From the NCBI GenBank assembly GCA_043799385.1, contig JAZDNV010000017.1:1-29129 (forward strand): a DNA stretch of 29,129 nt. Direction: 5' to 3'. Below are positions 15,154-24,343 of this stretch, piece after piece. The DNA comes from Candidatus Aenigmatarchaeota archaeon. Its GTDB lineage: Archaea; Aenigmatarchaeota; Aenigmatarchaeia; GW2011-AR5. Each line of letters starts with the position of its first letter. The first letter of the stretch is position 1. The notes beneath the pieces are model-generated. The model made no database searches. It saw only the letters and a list, made by a program, of their open reading frames with translations, and was not told the origin of the DNA. The position numbers and the translations under genes are program-made.

Positions 15154-16746
15154 ATGATGAAAAATATAGCAGCGTTTGTAATCGCATTTTTCCTAATTAT
15201 CGGAATCAGCAACGCCGCGAACATGTACTGCGGCGCCGGTTCATCAACCGACTGCCCGACAGCAGGAACAGAGTGCAGCGGCGCGAACAAAGCCTGCTTC
15301 TACCCGAACTGCACGTGCCTGGTATCCTCGCAGACTATAGATGGAAATACTAACTACACTTTCGCTAATTTCACATTATTATCAGGTCAGACACTTACAG
15401 TATCTGCAGCAGGCGGCGCAGGAGGAGACGCGCCGGTATATAATGGCGCATGTGGTGGCGGTTCCAATGGTGCTGGTTGGGCAGCAGGCGGTTCTGGCGG
15501 CACTGGTGGTTATAGCAGTAGTGGCGGCGGCTCCTACGGCGGCGGTGGTGGTGGTGGCGGTCAATCTTACAATGGTGTCACTGGCTGCGCAGGCGGCTCC
15601 TACAGCGGTGGCGGCGGTGGCGGACGTGGCGATAGTCAGTATGGCGACTCTGGCGGAAACGGCGGTACTGGCGGCGGAACGATTAATATTTCTGCCAATT
15701 ATATTCGAATTGCAGGAACAATAACTGCAAACGGCAACAATGGCGCTTCTCTTGCTGCTGCTTATTATTCTGGCGCAGGCGGCGGTGGCGGGGCAATCTT
15801 TTTGTATGGCAATACTGTAAATCTGTCAGGCGGCACTATAAACGCAAACGGCGGTAATGGTGGTAGTTGCTCTGGTGGTTCTTACGATGCCAGCGGCGGC
15901 GGCGGAGGCGGCGGCTACATCCAAATAGTATATGCATGCACATACACTGCAGGAACTTATTCTGTTGCTAATGGCGTACCTGGAACAGCAGGCACTTGTA
16001 ATGGTGGCGATGGCGCTGCTGGTGGAGCTGGCTCATCTAGTCCATCGCAATCCGTCGGAGGTCAGATGCGATATGGGCCGAACATAAACGTGACATTCTG
16101 GAACCAGACGAACATTCCTATAAACGGCGGAACGGTTAATATTTATTACGCAGGTACTTCGAGTTGCTGGTGTTGCGAAGGCCGCACAGACAGCAATGGC
16201 TTCTTCAGCGTGAGCACTTTAGGCAACCCGTCGTGGACGAGCATCTACGACGTGAAATTGAACACGTCGCATTACAAGCAGGACATCTGGTATCGTGGCG
16301 TGCGTTCTCCTAATACTATAAATGTGTCATCGAACAGGAAGTGGATACCTGAGACGACGCAGTCAGACAGCCGATTATTCACTGCTGGCCAGATATTCCA
16401 GACAGAGCTGCACCTGTTCAATCCTTACGCGTCCTACGTTGTATCGAATCTGAGCATAGACGATTCCATAAATGAAAGCCACAGGATAATAAGCAACATA
16501 TTCCTTGAGCGATTTAACAGTACTGGTCGTGCCACGTGCGAAATCGCGCCTGATACTGCGCAGAATTATTACATAGACAAGACAGAATGCTCGTTCCTCA
16601 GCTACCTGAACGTCACGAATCGCGAATGGATACGAATTAGTTATAGAGTACGGATACCAGGACCGGAGAATTACACGGTCGGCGAGATAAAGACTTATAA
16701 TATACCGACTGCGCTGCTAAGGTTTGATGTCGAGTTATTTGGGTAA
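15154..16746 (+). CDS. Secreted glycine-rich surface protein
   Basis: Signal peptide and a Cys-rich N-cap, then a Gly-rich repeat domain (GGGGGG...I.ANG.NG...GGGGGG.I) of about 240 aa and beta-rich C-terminal domains. SD-like GGTGA immediately upstream. Confidence 0.8.
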   Translation: MMKNIAAFVIAFFLIIGISNAANMYCGAGSSTDCPTAGTECSGANKACFYPNCTCLVSSQTIDGNTNYTFANFTLLSGQTLTVSAAGGAGGDAPVYNGACGGGSNGAGWAAGGSGGTGGYSSSGGGSYGGGGGGGGQSYNGVTGCAGGSYSGGGGGGRGDSQYGDSGGNGGTGGGTINISANYIRIAGTITANGNNGASLAAAYYSGAGGGGGAIFLYGNTVNLSGGTINANGGNGGSCSGGSYDASGGGGGGGYIQIVYACTYTAGTYSVANGVPGTAGTCNGGDGAAGGAGSSSPSQSVGGQMRYGPNINVTFWNQTNIPINGGTVNIYYAGTSSCWCCEGRTDSNGFFSVSTLGNPSWTSIYDVKLNTSHYKQDIWYRGVRSPNTINVSSNRKWIPETTQSDSRLFTAGQIFQTELHLFNPYASYVVSNLSIDDSINESHRIISNIFLERFNSTGRATCEIAPDTAQNYYIDKTECSFLSYLNVTNREWIRISYRVRIPGPENYTVGEIKTYNIPTALLRFDVELFG

Positions 16747-16750
16747 ACTT

Positions 16751-17296
16751 CTAGAATTCGCATCCTGTAGTCGATTCAAACCAGTCCAATTGCTTTATTC
16801 CTTCATACGTTTTGTTGTTGTAAGATATTGACGGAACGCTGCATTCTGTGCAGTCGACGAACACTCTTCTTGGTAATCTACCACCGCCTAGAATCTGCAG
16901 TTGCGTTGATTCGTTGCCTGAGCTGTAGATTTTCAATCCTTTCGAGTACAGGCAGTCGATGAACCTCTTCTGTCCGTCGAGCAGTTTTTTGTACTCCTTG
17001 GCGTTAAGCGTGTTTTCTGATATTACATTTCCGTCCAGAGAAACGTAGACTATAGTAGGCTCTGTGTCTAGGACGTAGATTGTCGCTTTGTAGAGCCAGC
17101 CGTCGCGGGCGACTTCGACTCTCTCTATATGCATCCCGCTTGAAAGCTCATACAGGTCCTTTATCTGCATCGCGATTTCTGAGCGCGACAATCCTGGCGT
17201 AAGGAAATTGACTGTCAACGTCCCGAAGAAAAGGCCTACTATCAGCCCGAAAGCAAATACTACGGACAAAATTAACAGATTCTTTTTCATAATCAT
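16751..17296 (-). CDS. Membrane-anchored hypothetical protein with a degenerate thioredoxin-like C-terminal domain
   Basis: N-terminal TM. VYVSLDG, FIDCLYSKGLKIY...Q..G...FVDC...PSI...YEGI..L.....GC. The start at 17296 gives an ATGA overlap with the GT2 stop (the track starts at 17305). Confidence 0.6.
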   Translation of the reverse strand: MIMKKNLLILSVVFAFGLIVGLFFGTLTVNFLTPGLSRSEIAMQIKDLYELSSGMHIERVEVARDGWLYKATIYVLDTEPTIVYVSLDGNVISENTLNAKEYKKLLDGQKRFIDCLYSKGLKIYSSGNESTQLQILGGGRLPRRVFVDCTECSVPSISYNNKTYEGIKQLDWFESTTGCEF

Positions 17297-18132
17297 CTCT
17301 TCCATATATATGGCGTATTGCCTCTTATAGTATCATAGGACGCCAAGATATTTATTATAATCTCTATGGCAACGGCTGCTATTATTTTTACCGTGTTTAT
17401 CGGCTCTTTGCGGATTTCTTCTATAACAAGATTACGAATGGTTTCTTCCGGTATCGATACGTTCATGCCCATCGCCTTCAATTGCATGTAGCCCCGCGCA
17501 ATCCTGCGTCTTCTTCTCATATGCGTCCAGAAGCTGTTTTTTCCAGTCATATACGTTATCGCTCTTGGTACGTAAGCGATTCTGCCTTTTTTTCTCATCA
17601 TCGCCGTTATGTAGCCGTCGTCATTTATTATTTTTTCCGGGATGCGCTTGATTGCGCTTTTTCTTATTGCGCACAATTCGCCCGAGACCTTTGGTTCCAT
17701 CGTGCAGTAATAATGGTGCATACTCCATATCAGGTGCGATATGTAGCCGAACAAGCCTTTCTTCTCTAATGGCATCGGCCGGCCGGACGCTGCGGTTATC
17801 GCCCCATTTTTGAATTTCTCCACCAGCGCGTTTATGCTGCCCTTGCCTGGTATATTATCTCCGCACACAAGAACTACTACATCGCTTTTTGAGTTATCAA
17901 GGATTTTATTGATGGCGGACGACTTACCTTTTCTCGGTTTTTCGACTATAAGGCGTATCTTCCTGTTTTTCTCTGCGGATTCCCTGACAATATCGTCCGT
18001 GCGGTCGCTGCTGGATGAAACTACAACTATTTCATCAAGGATGAAATTGTATCTATCGCCGGAGAGCGCGGCGAGCAGTTTTCCTATGTTATTTTCCTCG
18101 TTGTTCGCGGTTATCCCGATTGTTGCATGCAT
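17293..18132 (-). CDS. Glycosyltransferase family 2
   Basis: IGITANNEENNI, SSSSDRT, KGKSSAIN, CGD (DxD variant), SGELCAIR, INDD and RRRRIARG (QxxRW-like). Confidence 0.9.
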   Translation of the reverse strand: MHATIGITANNEENNIGKLLAALSGDRYNFILDEIVVVSSSSDRTDDIVRESAEKNRKIRLIVEKPRKGKSSAINKILDNSKSDVVVLVCGDNIPGKGSINALVEKFKNGAITAASGRPMPLEKKGLFGYISHLIWSMHHYYCTMEPKVSGELCAIRKSAIKRIPEKIINDDGYITAMMRKKGRIAYVPRAITYMTGKNSFWTHMRRRRRIARGYMQLKAMGMNVSIPEETIRNLVIEEIRKEPINTVKIIAAVAIEIIINILASYDTIRGNTPYIWKR

Positions 18133-18183
18133 AGTATCTAAGAACTAATCGTTTTTAATGGTTTTATTTGTTAATAAATTAGC

Positions 18184-19623
18184 ATGTTTTGCAAGAAAAC
18201 ATTTTTCATTATTTTAATACTGCTATTGACTATCTGCCTAATTGTTATTCTTAGCGGAAGAGTCCGGTCTGAAAATAGGGTATTCCTAATATGCATGGAC
18301 GGAGCGGACTGGAAGGTTATAGACCCGCTTATCGAAGAAGGAGCTTTGCCGAATTTCAAAAAATTAAAGGAAGAGGGCAGTTATGGCTACCTGAAATCGC
18401 CGACATCTTTTTCGCCGATTGAGTGGACGTCAATTGCCACGGGCAAGAAACCTACAAATCACGGCATAGACAGCTACCAGGCAGATGGCAGCTTTGTCAC
18501 GAGTTCAGACGTTAAAAGCAAATGGGTATGGGAGTTGGCAGAAGAATCCGGGGATACGGTCGGTATATACAATTGGCTGTTGGCATGGCCAGCTGAGAAG
18601 GTTAATGGTTTTATGATTTCGCTTACGTCTATCAACCCTTCGGCAGAGATGTCGGTCTATCCAGAAAATTTGAGCGATGGGGTTGAAATGAAAAATAGGT
18701 TTTATAATTTTACCTTTCAGACGGATGAGGTGTTGTATCTATTTAACAGATTCGTGCCTGATATATTTCTAGTCGGTGATACCGGCAATCGTGTCATCCA
18801 GGGCATGTTATGGAAGTACTGGGAGCCTGAGAAATTTAATCTAACAAATCAAACAGAAATAAACATGGGCAGAAAAATCTTGGTTGAACATTATAAAAAA
18901 ATTGACAGGCTTCTCAACGAATTCATGTCAGTAAATAATAGTGTAACCTTTCTAGTATCCGACCATGGTTTTCATGAAAAGATACCATCTGTGTACACCA
19001 TTGACTTCGGATTTGAGTATTTTTTTGGAGCCAATGTTTGCAAGTTAAATGTTCATACGCTATCGGACGTAGAATACCTCGATTTATGTTCAGAAGGCAA
19101 AATACCTGATAAGGATGTAGAATTCCTGCTCAACATCACCTACGCCAAGTCAAAGGAGAGGGTTTTCACTTCGATTAAAATCATCAATGAAAGCAGGATA
19201 AGACTTTCGTATAACGGGACCCTGCTAAAATATAATTCTGAACCTAACTTTCCTTCAACGTTCTATCTTGGGTTAGTGGTGCGGAATAGTACAGTAAAAC
19301 TCGTTTTTCATGAGCACTCAGGAAACCATGATCGTTTGCCGATAGACGGTGTCATTATCGCCAGAGGTGATATGATAAAAAATAGCTATCAAATCCAAGA
19401 TGCCGTGACATATGACATAACACCGACTATACTCTATCTCATGGGAATTCCGGTCCCAGAGGATATGGACGGTATGGTTCTGGTCGATATGATAAAGGAT
19501 GACTACATGAGCTCGAATCCGATTAGATATAGCGACCTATCCTCGCAGAAGCAGAGAGCGGAAGTCGATATCAATACATCGGAAATCGAGGAAAAGCTGA
19601 AGGAGCTCGGCTACATCACATAG
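18184..19623 (+). CDS. Alkaline phosphatase superfamily (type I phosphodiesterase/nucleotide pyrophosphatase-like) protein, membrane anchored
   Basis: N-terminal TM. ICMDGADW, SPIEWTSIATG..P..HGI, VSDHGF, GNH...G, DITPTILYLMG.PVP.DMDG and KLKELGYI. Confidence 0.9.
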   Translation: MFCKKTFFIILILLLTICLIVILSGRVRSENRVFLICMDGADWKVIDPLIEEGALPNFKKLKEEGSYGYLKSPTSFSPIEWTSIATGKKPTNHGIDSYQADGSFVTSSDVKSKWVWELAEESGDTVGIYNWLLAWPAEKVNGFMISLTSINPSAEMSVYPENLSDGVEMKNRFYNFTFQTDEVLYLFNRFVPDIFLVGDTGNRVIQGMLWKYWEPEKFNLTNQTEINMGRKILVEHYKKIDRLLNEFMSVNNSVTFLVSDHGFHEKIPSVYTIDFGFEYFFGANVCKLNVHTLSDVEYLDLCSEGKIPDKDVEFLLNITYAKSKERVFTSIKIINESRIRLSYNGTLLKYNSEPNFPSTFYLGLVVRNSTVKLVFHEHSGNHDRLPIDGVIIARGDMIKNSYQIQDAVTYDITPTILYLMGIPVPEDMDGMVLVDMIKDDYMSSNPIRYSDLSSQKQRAEVDINTSEIEEKLKELGYIT

Positions 19624-19688
19624 CTGTCTAAACGAACTAGAAAACTTTATATTATAGCGGGAATCTAATAATTAATAGGGTGTGCAAA

Positions 19689-21059
19689 ATGAACGTCAAC
19701 ACTAATTATCTTAGTCTCATGAGGCTGATGAGTCCTGCTTACAGTTTTTATGTCGAGATGATGAGAAGGCAAAATAACGTATATTACAAGAAACATTTTA
19801 TGAAACAGATAGCTGCGAACGAATGGCTTGACAGGAGTGAACTGGAAGAGATACAGGCAGAGAAGCTAAAAAGGCTCGTTAGCCACTCGTACAATACAAT
19901 ACCGTTCTACAGAAAACTCATGAACAGGAACAAGGTTTCTCCGGATGACATAAAGACTATCGATGACATTGCAAAATTGCCGGTGATTAAAAAGAAAGAT
20001 TTCAAGATGCATAAATTCAATGATTTGGTTTCAAAGAATGTAAGGCGGTCTGATACTATAACGATAAAATCATCAGGTTCCACTGGTTCTCCATCAAAAT
20101 CATTGCAGACAAAGGAAAGCCTATTCAAGCAATACTCATATATAGTCCTTAGGAGATTCGGTTGGGCAGGCATCTCTAGCCGTGACAGGGAGATCTGCAT
20201 GGGAAACAGGGAGATAACGCCAACTATAACCAAGTTCGAGGTAAACCCAAATTCGATGTTCCTGCCGCATTTCTTCTTCGATGAAAAGAAGTGCGCGGAG
20301 TTCATGCGCATGTTCTTCGCTTTCAAGCCGGATTACATAAGGTCCTATCCCCAGGCGCTCGCACAGATAGGCAGGTTTGCCATGGATAACGAAATGGACG
20401 TGCAGATAAAAGCTGCGCTTGTCGGAGGAAATATGCTCACCGATAACGATAGGAAAACGATAGAGAACGCATTCGACACAGAGATATTCGAGAGCTACAT
20501 GGCCTCTGAATGCGGTCTTATAGCTTCTGAGTGCGAGATGCACAACATGCACACATACATGGACAGGGTTATTCTCGAAACGGTTGATGAAAACGGCGAA
20601 GATATAAACGGAAGTCCTGGAAGCGTTTTGGTTACAAATCTTGACAATTTCGCCATGCCTTACATAAGATACGAGCTTGGTGACATGGCTAAGCTAGGCA
20701 GAGGGAAATGCAAATGCGGGCGAAGCATGCAGATTATAGATGAGTTGCACGGAAGGTCTGTGGACGTGATAGTTACACCGGAAAAGAAATATGTCCACCT
20801 TCCTTACTTTATGAGCCTGTTCGGCGAATATCAGGAGATAATGAATTTCAGACTGGTTCAGAAAGACTTTGATAAGGTTTCTGTGTACATATACGTTAAA
20901 GATTCTCTACCCCAAGCAAGAATTGAGTCACTGTCGAATAGGCTTAATAAGGCCCTGGACGGCATGAGAGTTGAAATAAATGCTGTCAAGAACGAACCTG
21001 AAATACATACGTACAGGAAATTCAAGTATATAGAGAATCTGGTTAAAGACAGAATTTGA
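19689..21059 (+). CDS. Phenylacetate-CoA ligase-like (PaaK/CapK family) adenylate-forming enzyme
   Basis: IQAEKLKRLV..Y..IPFYR, LPVIKK, SSGSTGSP, SYMASEC, VTNLDNFAMPYIRYELGD, CKCGR and GRSVD. ATG 19689 (the track starts at GTG 19680). Confidence 0.88.
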   Translation: MNVNTNYLSLMRLMSPAYSFYVEMMRRQNNVYYKKHFMKQIAANEWLDRSELEEIQAEKLKRLVSHSYNTIPFYRKLMNRNKVSPDDIKTIDDIAKLPVIKKKDFKMHKFNDLVSKNVRRSDTITIKSSGSTGSPSKSLQTKESLFKQYSYIVLRRFGWAGISSRDREICMGNREITPTITKFEVNPNSMFLPHFFFDEKKCAEFMRMFFAFKPDYIRSYPQALAQIGRFAMDNEMDVQIKAALVGGNMLTDNDRKTIENAFDTEIFESYMASECGLIASECEMHNMHTYMDRVILETVDENGEDINGSPGSVLVTNLDNFAMPYIRYELGDMAKLGRGKCKCGRSMQIIDELHGRSVDVIVTPEKKYVHLPYFMSLFGEYQEIMNFRLVQKDFDKVSVYIYVKDSLPQARIESLSNRLNKALDGMRVEINAVKNEPEIHTYRKFKYIENLVKDRI

Positions 21060-21060
21060 A

Positions 21061-22128
21061 TCATCTACTTTTCAGCAACGCCAAAAAAATAGAAATCTTA
21101 TCTTTTAAATCATAATCATAATTGCAATTCAATATGGCACAGCCACTTTTGCAATTCTTAATCAAGCGCCTTTGTCTTATTCCCTTCTCCGAGAACCACA
21201 CGTCTCTGGGATTTTGCTTTTTCATGTTGCCTATTATATCATATCTGGGGCAGTAGAGGACACGCCCATTCGCGAGTATCTTGAAGTTTTTCCATATGCT
21301 GCAGTTGATGCTTGTCGTCCTCGGGTTTCTGAAATATTCTTTCATCAACAATAGATGTTTAGTGGAATTCTGTATCGGATAACGCTTCTTCATCGATATT
21401 ATCTCATCTATCAATTCAGACATTTCGTTGCAATCATCCGGCCAGAATTTATTTTTTTCATACCAGAGTTCATCTTCGTTTATTCTCCCGAAATTTGGCG
21501 ACAGCTGCTGGAACAGAATTCCAAAATAATTACTCTTGGCCCATTTAATCAAATCCACGATTTCGCAGGAATTGTAGCCCATAAGAACAGTTGCTATCTT
21601 TATCTTCTTGTTATGGCTGATTTCGGAAATCTGCTCTATGTTGGACATTATTTTATTGTAAGTGCCCTTCTTCCCTCTGAGGTAGTCATGTGTTTTAGGA
21701 GTAATCCCGTCCAGCGAGATTGTCAGCATATCGAGATTAGTGTTCAATATTTCAAAATCATCCCTGTCAAGAAGCGTTCCGTTGGTTATGAGATTGGTTA
21801 TCCCTGTGCCAGATGCGCAGTTTATCAGTTCGAATATGTCTTTTCTTAGCATTGGCTCGCCGCCGCTCAAAGTAATAAATGACGTTCCAAGCCATTTTTT
21901 AAAATAAAGGATGAGGCCCTTTAATTCTTCTGCAGACAGTTCGGTATGATCAATATTTTTGAGTATTTTTTTTAATTTCCAGATGTCACAATTCCTGCAC
22001 CTCAAGTTGCAGTCATACGTCAGGTCGATCAGTATTCTCGAAGGTTTGTACATTCTCGGATAAAGTCGTCCTGAGTATTCGTTAAAAGTCTCGTTCATTG
22101 CAAATCTCTGGAGTTTCAACCTGTTCAT
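21061..22128 (-). CDS. Radical SAM protein with C-terminal SPASM/twitch-like domain
   Basis: LTYDCNLRCRNCDIW, SGGEP, TNGTL, SLDG...HDYLRG, C...NG.V..C...GN...W...CKSGC..LNC. Confidence 0.9.
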   Translation of the reverse strand: MNRLKLQRFAMNETFNEYSGRLYPRMYKPSRILIDLTYDCNLRCRNCDIWKLKKILKNIDHTELSAEELKGLILYFKKWLGTSFITLSGGEPMLRKDIFELINCASGTGITNLITNGTLLDRDDFEILNTNLDMLTISLDGITPKTHDYLRGKKGTYNKIMSNIEQISEISHNKKIKIATVLMGYNSCEIVDLIKWAKSNYFGILFQQLSPNFGRINEDELWYEKNKFWPDDCNEMSELIDEIISMKKRYPIQNSTKHLLLMKEYFRNPRTTSINCSIWKNFKILANGRVLYCPRYDIIGNMKKQNPRDVWFSEKGIRQRRLIKNCKSGCAILNCNYDYDLKDKISIFLALLKSR

Positions 22129-22132
22129 AATC

Positions 22133-23311
22133 TTACCTGAACGAATTCACCAAACGAGCAATCTTCATTACCTCTTCATCCTTCAGAAACGGGTTCATAG
22201 GAAGGCAGAGAACTTCGTTGGCGGTTTTTTCTGATTCAGGAAAATCGTCTCTCTTATGGCCAAGATACCTGAAAGTCTTTGTTAGGTGTATTGGCGTGTC
22301 GTAATCTGCTCGGGTCTCAACACCGTTTATTAACAAGAATCGCTGAAGCTTGTTGCGTTTGCTTGAACGAATAGCATAACTGAACCAGCTGTGCTTAACA
22401 TATTTACCTTCTATCGGTGTTATTATTCCTGTTCCTGAAAACTCTTTGTTGTAGATTTTTGCAATTTCTCTTTTGCGTTCAACCCATTCTTTAATGAAGG
22501 GAAGCTTGGCTTTTATAAATGCTATCTGAACTGCATCTAATTCGCACGGCGTTCTTTTGCTGAGAAGCAGGAACGCTTCATCTGCTGTTGGATTCTTCAG
22601 AATCTCGAGTTTTCTTTTGAGATTTTTGTCGTTTGTTACTATCGCTCCGCCGTTGCCCAGGCCGCCTAGCAGCTTGGATGTGTGAAAACTAAAGCAGCCA
22701 CCACCAATTGGAATTTTTTTGTTCTTATATCCCACTTCCTGCGCCTGGCAGCAATCTTCTATTACCTGCAGGCGATGCTTTTTAGCAATATTCATTATCT
22801 CATCCATGTTGCACGGCTGGCCGTACAGATGGACCGGCATGATCGCTTTCGTATTCTCTGTTATAGCTTCTTCTATCTCCGACGTGTCTATATTATAATC
22901 ATTGTCTATGTCAACGAAGACAGGCTTTGCATCTGCGTTGGCTATTGCCAACGGTGTTGCTATGTAAGTGTAAGGAGTGGTTATTACTTCGTCACATTTT
23001 CCGATGCCTGCAGCAATTAGCGATAGTTGCAACGCTGCTGTTCCGGAATTCGCGGTGATAGCGAACTTCTTTTTGCAATGACGCGCATAAAGCCTTTCGA
23101 AATCTCGTTCATAGAACCAGAATTCGTAATCGCTGCGAAATTCCCATATTTTTTCCAGCTCTTTTTCAAAGTTTTCCTTTATTTCAGCGTTTTGTCGGTC
23201 ATAACTGCTGAATGAAATCATTTTTTTTCTGTTGTATTTTGTATAGGCAGTTCTTGCCCAGTCTAATAGAAATGGATGCTCATGGTATACATTTTTCGCT
23301 AGTTTCAACAT
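22133..23311 (-). CDS. DegT/DnrJ/EryC1/StrS family PLP-dependent aminotransferase
   Basis: NSGTAAL, EVITTPYTYIAT, PVFVD, KAIMPVHLYGQ, IEDCCQA, SFHTSKLLG.GNGG (PLP Lys) and LCLPM.P. Confidence 0.9.
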   Translation of the reverse strand: MLKLAKNVYHEHPFLLDWARTAYTKYNRKKMISFSSYDRQNAEIKENFEKELEKIWEFRSDYEFWFYERDFERLYARHCKKKFAITANSGTAALQLSLIAAGIGKCDEVITTPYTYIATPLAIANADAKPVFVDIDNDYNIDTSEIEEAITENTKAIMPVHLYGQPCNMDEIMNIAKKHRLQVIEDCCQAQEVGYKNKKIPIGGGCFSFHTSKLLGGLGNGGAIVTNDKNLKRKLEILKNPTADEAFLLLSKRTPCELDAVQIAFIKAKLPFIKEWVERKREIAKIYNKEFSGTGIITPIEGKYVKHSWFSYAIRSSKRNKLQRFLLINGVETRADYDTPIHLTKTFRYLGHKRDDFPESEKTANEVLCLPMNPFLKDEEVMKIARLVNSFR

Positions 23312-23324
23312 ATTTTTGATGATT

Positions 23325-24308
23325 TCACCTATTCCTCCTTTTCAGCAGCAAAGTTTTTATTGCATTGAAATTCAGAGAATAGAGCAGATCGCGGTCGGCG
23401 AAGAAAGAGATGCAGCTACATTGGTGCGGTTTGATTTTGTTGAAAGCGTTCACAAAGCCAATCTTCAACCCGTCGTACGATTCCTTGCTGAAAAAGCACG
23501 GTGATACGTAGCCATTTGGAAGAAGATTGCAATAAAGTATTCCGGCATAGCTTTTTTTCGCCTTCCTGCCGTCAAATCGCCTTATCCATTCATTGTATAC
23601 CGCATTGTCCCTGCCTATCTGCTTGAATTTTTCTTTGGATTTTTTTATCAGTTCAATGGCTTTGATATTTTTTTCAGCCGACATGGGATCGTTGCTTTTA
23701 CCATATTTATGGCTGTAGACTGGATGGAATATTATTCTTACACCAAGTTCATTGGACAGACCGAACAGATACCTGAGCCCAAAAAAATCATTTTTAGTGT
23801 TTTCTTCGCATATGGTCGACTGTATTGTTATGTCAAAACCTCTACTCTTTGCCGATTTAATCGATTCTATAACTTTTTCATAAGTTCCCCTTCCCTTTGT
23901 TTTTTCATGGATTTCCTTTGACCCGTTTAGTGACATGAATATTCTGTCAATGTTTTTCAATTCATTGTACATTTTTTCGAAAAGGACGCCATTCGTTGTA
24001 AGCATAACAAACAATCCACAATCCTTTGCGTAATTTATCAGTTCACCAATATCTTTTCTCAGCAGCGGCTCGCCTCCTGTGAAGTTCCATACCTTCGTTC
24101 CTGCGTTGCTGAATTCATCAATTGCTTTTTTTATCTGGTTTGTGCTCATTTCTTTTATGCGGTTCTTCGGCAGACCGCAGTACTTGCATCTTAGGTTGCA
24201 TGAGAAGTTGATTTCATGGAACACTTCCAGCGGCGTTCTTTTGCCATACCTTGATAATAGAACTGGTAAAAAAGACTGTAGTATGACCATATCTTTATAG
24301 TAAATCAT
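23325..24308 (-). CDS. Radical SAM protein with a twitch-like C-terminus
   Basis: INFSCNLRCKYC, TGGEPLLRKD, TTNG, LPNGYVSPC...CSC. The true start may be ATG 24290. Confidence 0.88.
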   Translation of the reverse strand: MIYYKDMVILQSFLPVLLSRYGKRTPLEVFHEINFSCNLRCKYCGLPKNRIKEMSTNQIKKAIDEFSNAGTKVWNFTGGEPLLRKDIGELINYAKDCGLFVMLTTNGVLFEKMYNELKNIDRIFMSLNGSKEIHEKTKGRGTYEKVIESIKSAKSRGFDITIQSTICEENTKNDFFGLRYLFGLSNELGVRIIFHPVYSHKYGKSNDPMSAEKNIKAIELIKKSKEKFKQIGRDNAVYNEWIRRFDGRKAKKSYAGILYCNLLPNGYVSPCFFSKESYDGLKIGFVNAFNKIKPHQCSCISFFADRDLLYSLNFNAIKTLLLKRRNR

Positions 24309-24343
24309 CTAAATTTTAAATCCTTGGGATTCATATCTAAACT

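Noticed and set aside
15341..15724. 127-aa Ala/Val-rich ORF
   Set aside because: Frame-shifted reading of the GGC/GGT glycine repeats.
15154..16746. Diversity-generating retroelement target
   Set aside because: No reverse transcriptase and no TR/VR repeat pair seen in the window.
21172..23921. Several plus-strand ORFs (for example 21355..21849 and 22682..23020)
   Set aside because: Antisense to well-supported rSAM and DegT genes.
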